A stretch of DNA of 64,000 bases from the human T2T-CHM13v2.0 reference genome, Homo sapiens. The number at the start of each line of letters is the position of its first letter. Positions within the stretch are counted from its first letter, which is position 1. Positions 63,831 through 64,000 of the stretch are shown piece after piece. The position numbers were made by a program, and so were the translations under genes. The notes beneath the pieces are model-generated. The model searched no databases. It saw nothing but the letters and a program-made list of their open reading frames with translations, and had not been told where the DNA came from. The DNA lies in assembly GCF_009914755.1 (NCBI RefSeq), contig NC_060925.1. One strand, written 5' to 3'.

Positions 63831-63985
63831 AGCCAGGTGCAGTGGTTCAGGCTGGTAATCCCAGCACTTTGGGAGACTGAGGCAAGAGGATCACTTGAGC
63901 CCAGGAGGCTGAGGCTTACAGTAAACTATGACCATACCACTGCACTGCAACCTGGGCAACAGAAAAAGACCCTATCTCAAAAAGT
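63831..63985 (+). mobile_element. Alu monomer (FRAM/FAM-like)
   Basis: Single Alu-like arm with A-rich end. Confidence 0.75.
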
Positions 63986-64000
63986 AAAATGTCTTAGAAG

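Overview
Hominid, most likely human, genomic DNA with no credible protein-coding gene; the listed ORFs are repeat-derived or spurious. The window is part of a U1-variant/tRNA segmental-duplication cluster. From memory the layout fits human 1q21.1 around RNVU1-17, which needs confirming by BLAT. RNA loci: a full-length variant U1 snRNA gene with PSE/DSE (47591-47754, minus), an ancient decayed U1 copy that keeps a PSE remnant (181-346), one intact tRNA-Gln(CTG), one near-intact tRNA-His, seven decayed tRNA copies (Glu x2, His, Gly, Asn-like, Lys-like x2) and a Y3 RNA retropseudogene. Repeats: a full-length SVA, a decayed two-LTR ERV1 provirus with a tRNA-Ser(CGA) PBS and gag/RNaseH/IN/env remnants, several solo LTRs, L1/L2/MIR fragments and about 30 Alu/FLAM elements. 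The best unexplained structure is a ~0.6-0.8 kb block present three times (12.6-13.3 kb inverted, 21.7-22.5 kb, 62.6-63.8 kb). Two copies sit upstream of tRNA-His genes and define an old inverted 'block + tRNA' cassette duplication. The U1 variant has a compensatory base pair in SL2 but concentrated damage in the U1-70K-binding SL1. I see no evidence for a wholly new biological system. TE subfamily names come from recalled consensus sequences, and TE boundaries are approximate unless TSDs are given.
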